Source: Giardia intestinalis (lineage: Eukaryota). Taken from it: a stretch of 64,000 nucleotides of DNA. The notes under the pieces were generated by a model, which saw only the letters and a list, made by a program, of their open reading frames with translations, was not told the DNA's origin and did not search any database. Every line of letters starts with the position of its first letter. The stretch's first letter is position 1. Made by a program: the position numbers and the translations under genes. Below are positions 63,016-64,000 of the stretch, in pieces. The stretch is taken from the NCBI GenBank assembly GCA_000002435.2, contig CM018793.1; one strand, 5' to 3'.

Positions 63016-64000
63016 CTAATTTACTAGGCAAAGTTTGGGGACCTCTATTTCGTCATAGGTATCAGGGTCTGAGCACCCAACAATAAAGAAGATTTGACCT
63101 GGAGGATCGTTGACCAGCTCAGCCAGACGTTTGTCTAAGGCAACGGCCCCATTTCCAAATGAAGAGTACACCATGCGGGTATTGAAGATGATTGAATCAA
63201 CATCACCCTTGTAACGGTCACGGAAATAGTCAATAACGCCTTGAACTGTTACGGTTTTTGGCAACTCAATATGGTCCCACGGAGTGATCTTCTCTTTGGT
63301 GGTAGAGCACTCCACAAAGGTACACGGGCCTGGCTCTGAAAGCTGAAGACTAGGAAGAGCAAAGTTGAAAAACGCACTCTTGTAGTCAGCAAGTGGGTGC
63401 CTTGCACTAAGATCTGGATTGTTCCACAAAAGTACTTTATAGAACTCTATTCCCACAAGACCAACAACACTGGCTGTAGTGGTGACCATTGCAGGGATGA
63501 TGCTTCCCGAAAGCCGGCGGGCTTCCGCATAATCAATAGTCGGGATGTCATAATTCTCTGCTCTAAGGTTGGCCAAGGACGCAATGTACTGCACGTGTCC
63601 ATTTGTCAGGTCGTCCTTTTCAAAAACAAGGGCCCTAGGAGTCACGCCCCACGGTGACAGATGCTTTAAGAACTCTTGGTCAAACAGAGTATCGTCGGCA
63701 AGGAGCTGAGAGATAGTCTCTGGGTTATACGTGCAATTTAAGAAGTTAGAAATCTGCTTTGCAGCTACCTCCCTTGTTAGTATAACTGCTTTTGCAGGAG
63801 AAGCCGATGACGCTGCGAAGTATGCTGTCGCGATGGACATGATAGTCTCAGAGGAGATATCCACGTCATTCCCCAGAATAACCGTATAAAGACGGGCGGC
63901 CGTTGAAATGAAGTCATGATGAATTGGATTGTTTGCGTCATAAGTAAGCTTGTGCGGCGGACGCTTCTCCCCGCTCCAGAAGTTGTTGCCATCCTTATCT
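63016..64000 (-). CDS. Ubiquitin-activating enzyme E1 (UBA1-like), C-terminal about 330 aa; the gene continues beyond the window end
   Basis: Manual translation to the window edge is open and reads DKDGNNFWSGEKRPPHKLTYDANNPIHHDFI, matching E1 FWSGPKRCPHPLxFDxNNPLHLDY. Downstream it reads FEKDDLTNGHVQYIASLANLRAENYDIPTIDYAEARRLSGSIIPAMVTTTASVVGLVGIEFYKV, the E1 SCCH/ubiquitin-fold region. The track's M at 63864 is a GTG. Confidence 0.85.
   Translation of the reverse strand, partial: DKDGNNFWSGEKRPPHKLTYDANNPIHHDFISTAARLYTVILGNDVDISSETIMSIATAYFAASSASPAKAVILTREVAAKQISNFLNCTYNPETISQLLADDTLFDQEFLKHLSPWGVTPRALVFEKDDLTNGHVQYIASLANLRAENYDIPTIDYAEARRLSGSIIPAMVTTTASVVGLVGIEFYKVLLWNNPDLSARHPLADYKSAFFNFALPSLQLSEPGPCTFVECSTTKEKITPWDHIELPKTVTVQGVIDYFRDRYKGDVDSIIFNTRMVYSSFGNGAVALDKRLAELVNDPPGQIFFIVGCSDPDTYDEIEVPKLCLVN

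Noticed and set aside
1-64000. Prokaryotic-style interpretation (operons, CRISPR, defence islands)
   Set aside because: The gene content (NEK-ankyrin kinase, RFC, TFIIB, E1, PP2C-LRR, VSPs with CRGKA, AGTPuAAPy poly(A) signals) is unmistakably eukaryotic and diplomonad. The only regular repeats are the coding 207-bp array, not a CRISPR array with unique spacers.

Overview
This 64 kb window is eukaryotic and almost certainly comes from a Giardia intestinalis (duodenalis)-type diplomonad genome; it is not a prokaryotic operon region. Three lines of evidence support this. Cysteine-rich ORFs carry GGCY and CXXC motifs and end in a transmembrane helix plus the invariant CRGKA tail, which is the VSP (variant-specific surface protein) signature. 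The Giardia poly(A) signal AGTPuAAPy (AGTAAAC or AGTGAAT) lies within about 15 nt of the VSP stop codons. The genes are intronless and tightly packed, with tail-to-tail gene ends 3-40 bp apart or overlapping.

Layout:
- 1-3.3 kb: a perfect 207-bp tandem array (at least 16 copies). On the minus strand it encodes the N-terminus of a VSP-like protein, with a signal peptide followed directly by 69-aa Cys-rich repeats. The long plus-strand ORF in the track is an antisense artefact.
- 3.9-29 kb: a compact block of housekeeping and signalling genes. These are an SLC35-like membrane protein, a 2413-aa coiled-coil protein with ASH/MSP-like domains, an RFC small subunit, a NEK kinase with ankyrin repeats, an LRR-PP2C phosphatase with an N-myristoylation motif, TFIIB, a Myb/SANT-like 1241-aa protein, and several hypotheticals.
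- 29.1-48.3 kb: one uninterrupted 6420-aa ORF.
- 48.3-62.7 kb: a VSP locus with unusual architecture. Two GC-rich ORF-free tracts (2.4 kb and about 6 kb) lie here. A VSP-3'-flank-derived repeat is present in three copies, two of them as about 480-bp inverted arms. One tandem VSP pair has a downstream member that is 5'-truncated and fused into its neighbour's 3' flank. A divergently oriented VSP-like gene has a non-canonical YRGRK tail.
- 63.0-64.0 kb: the window ends inside a ubiquitin-activating enzyme E1 gene.

The supplied ORF track accepts GTG and TTG as starts, so several of its start coordinates were corrected by reading the sequence.
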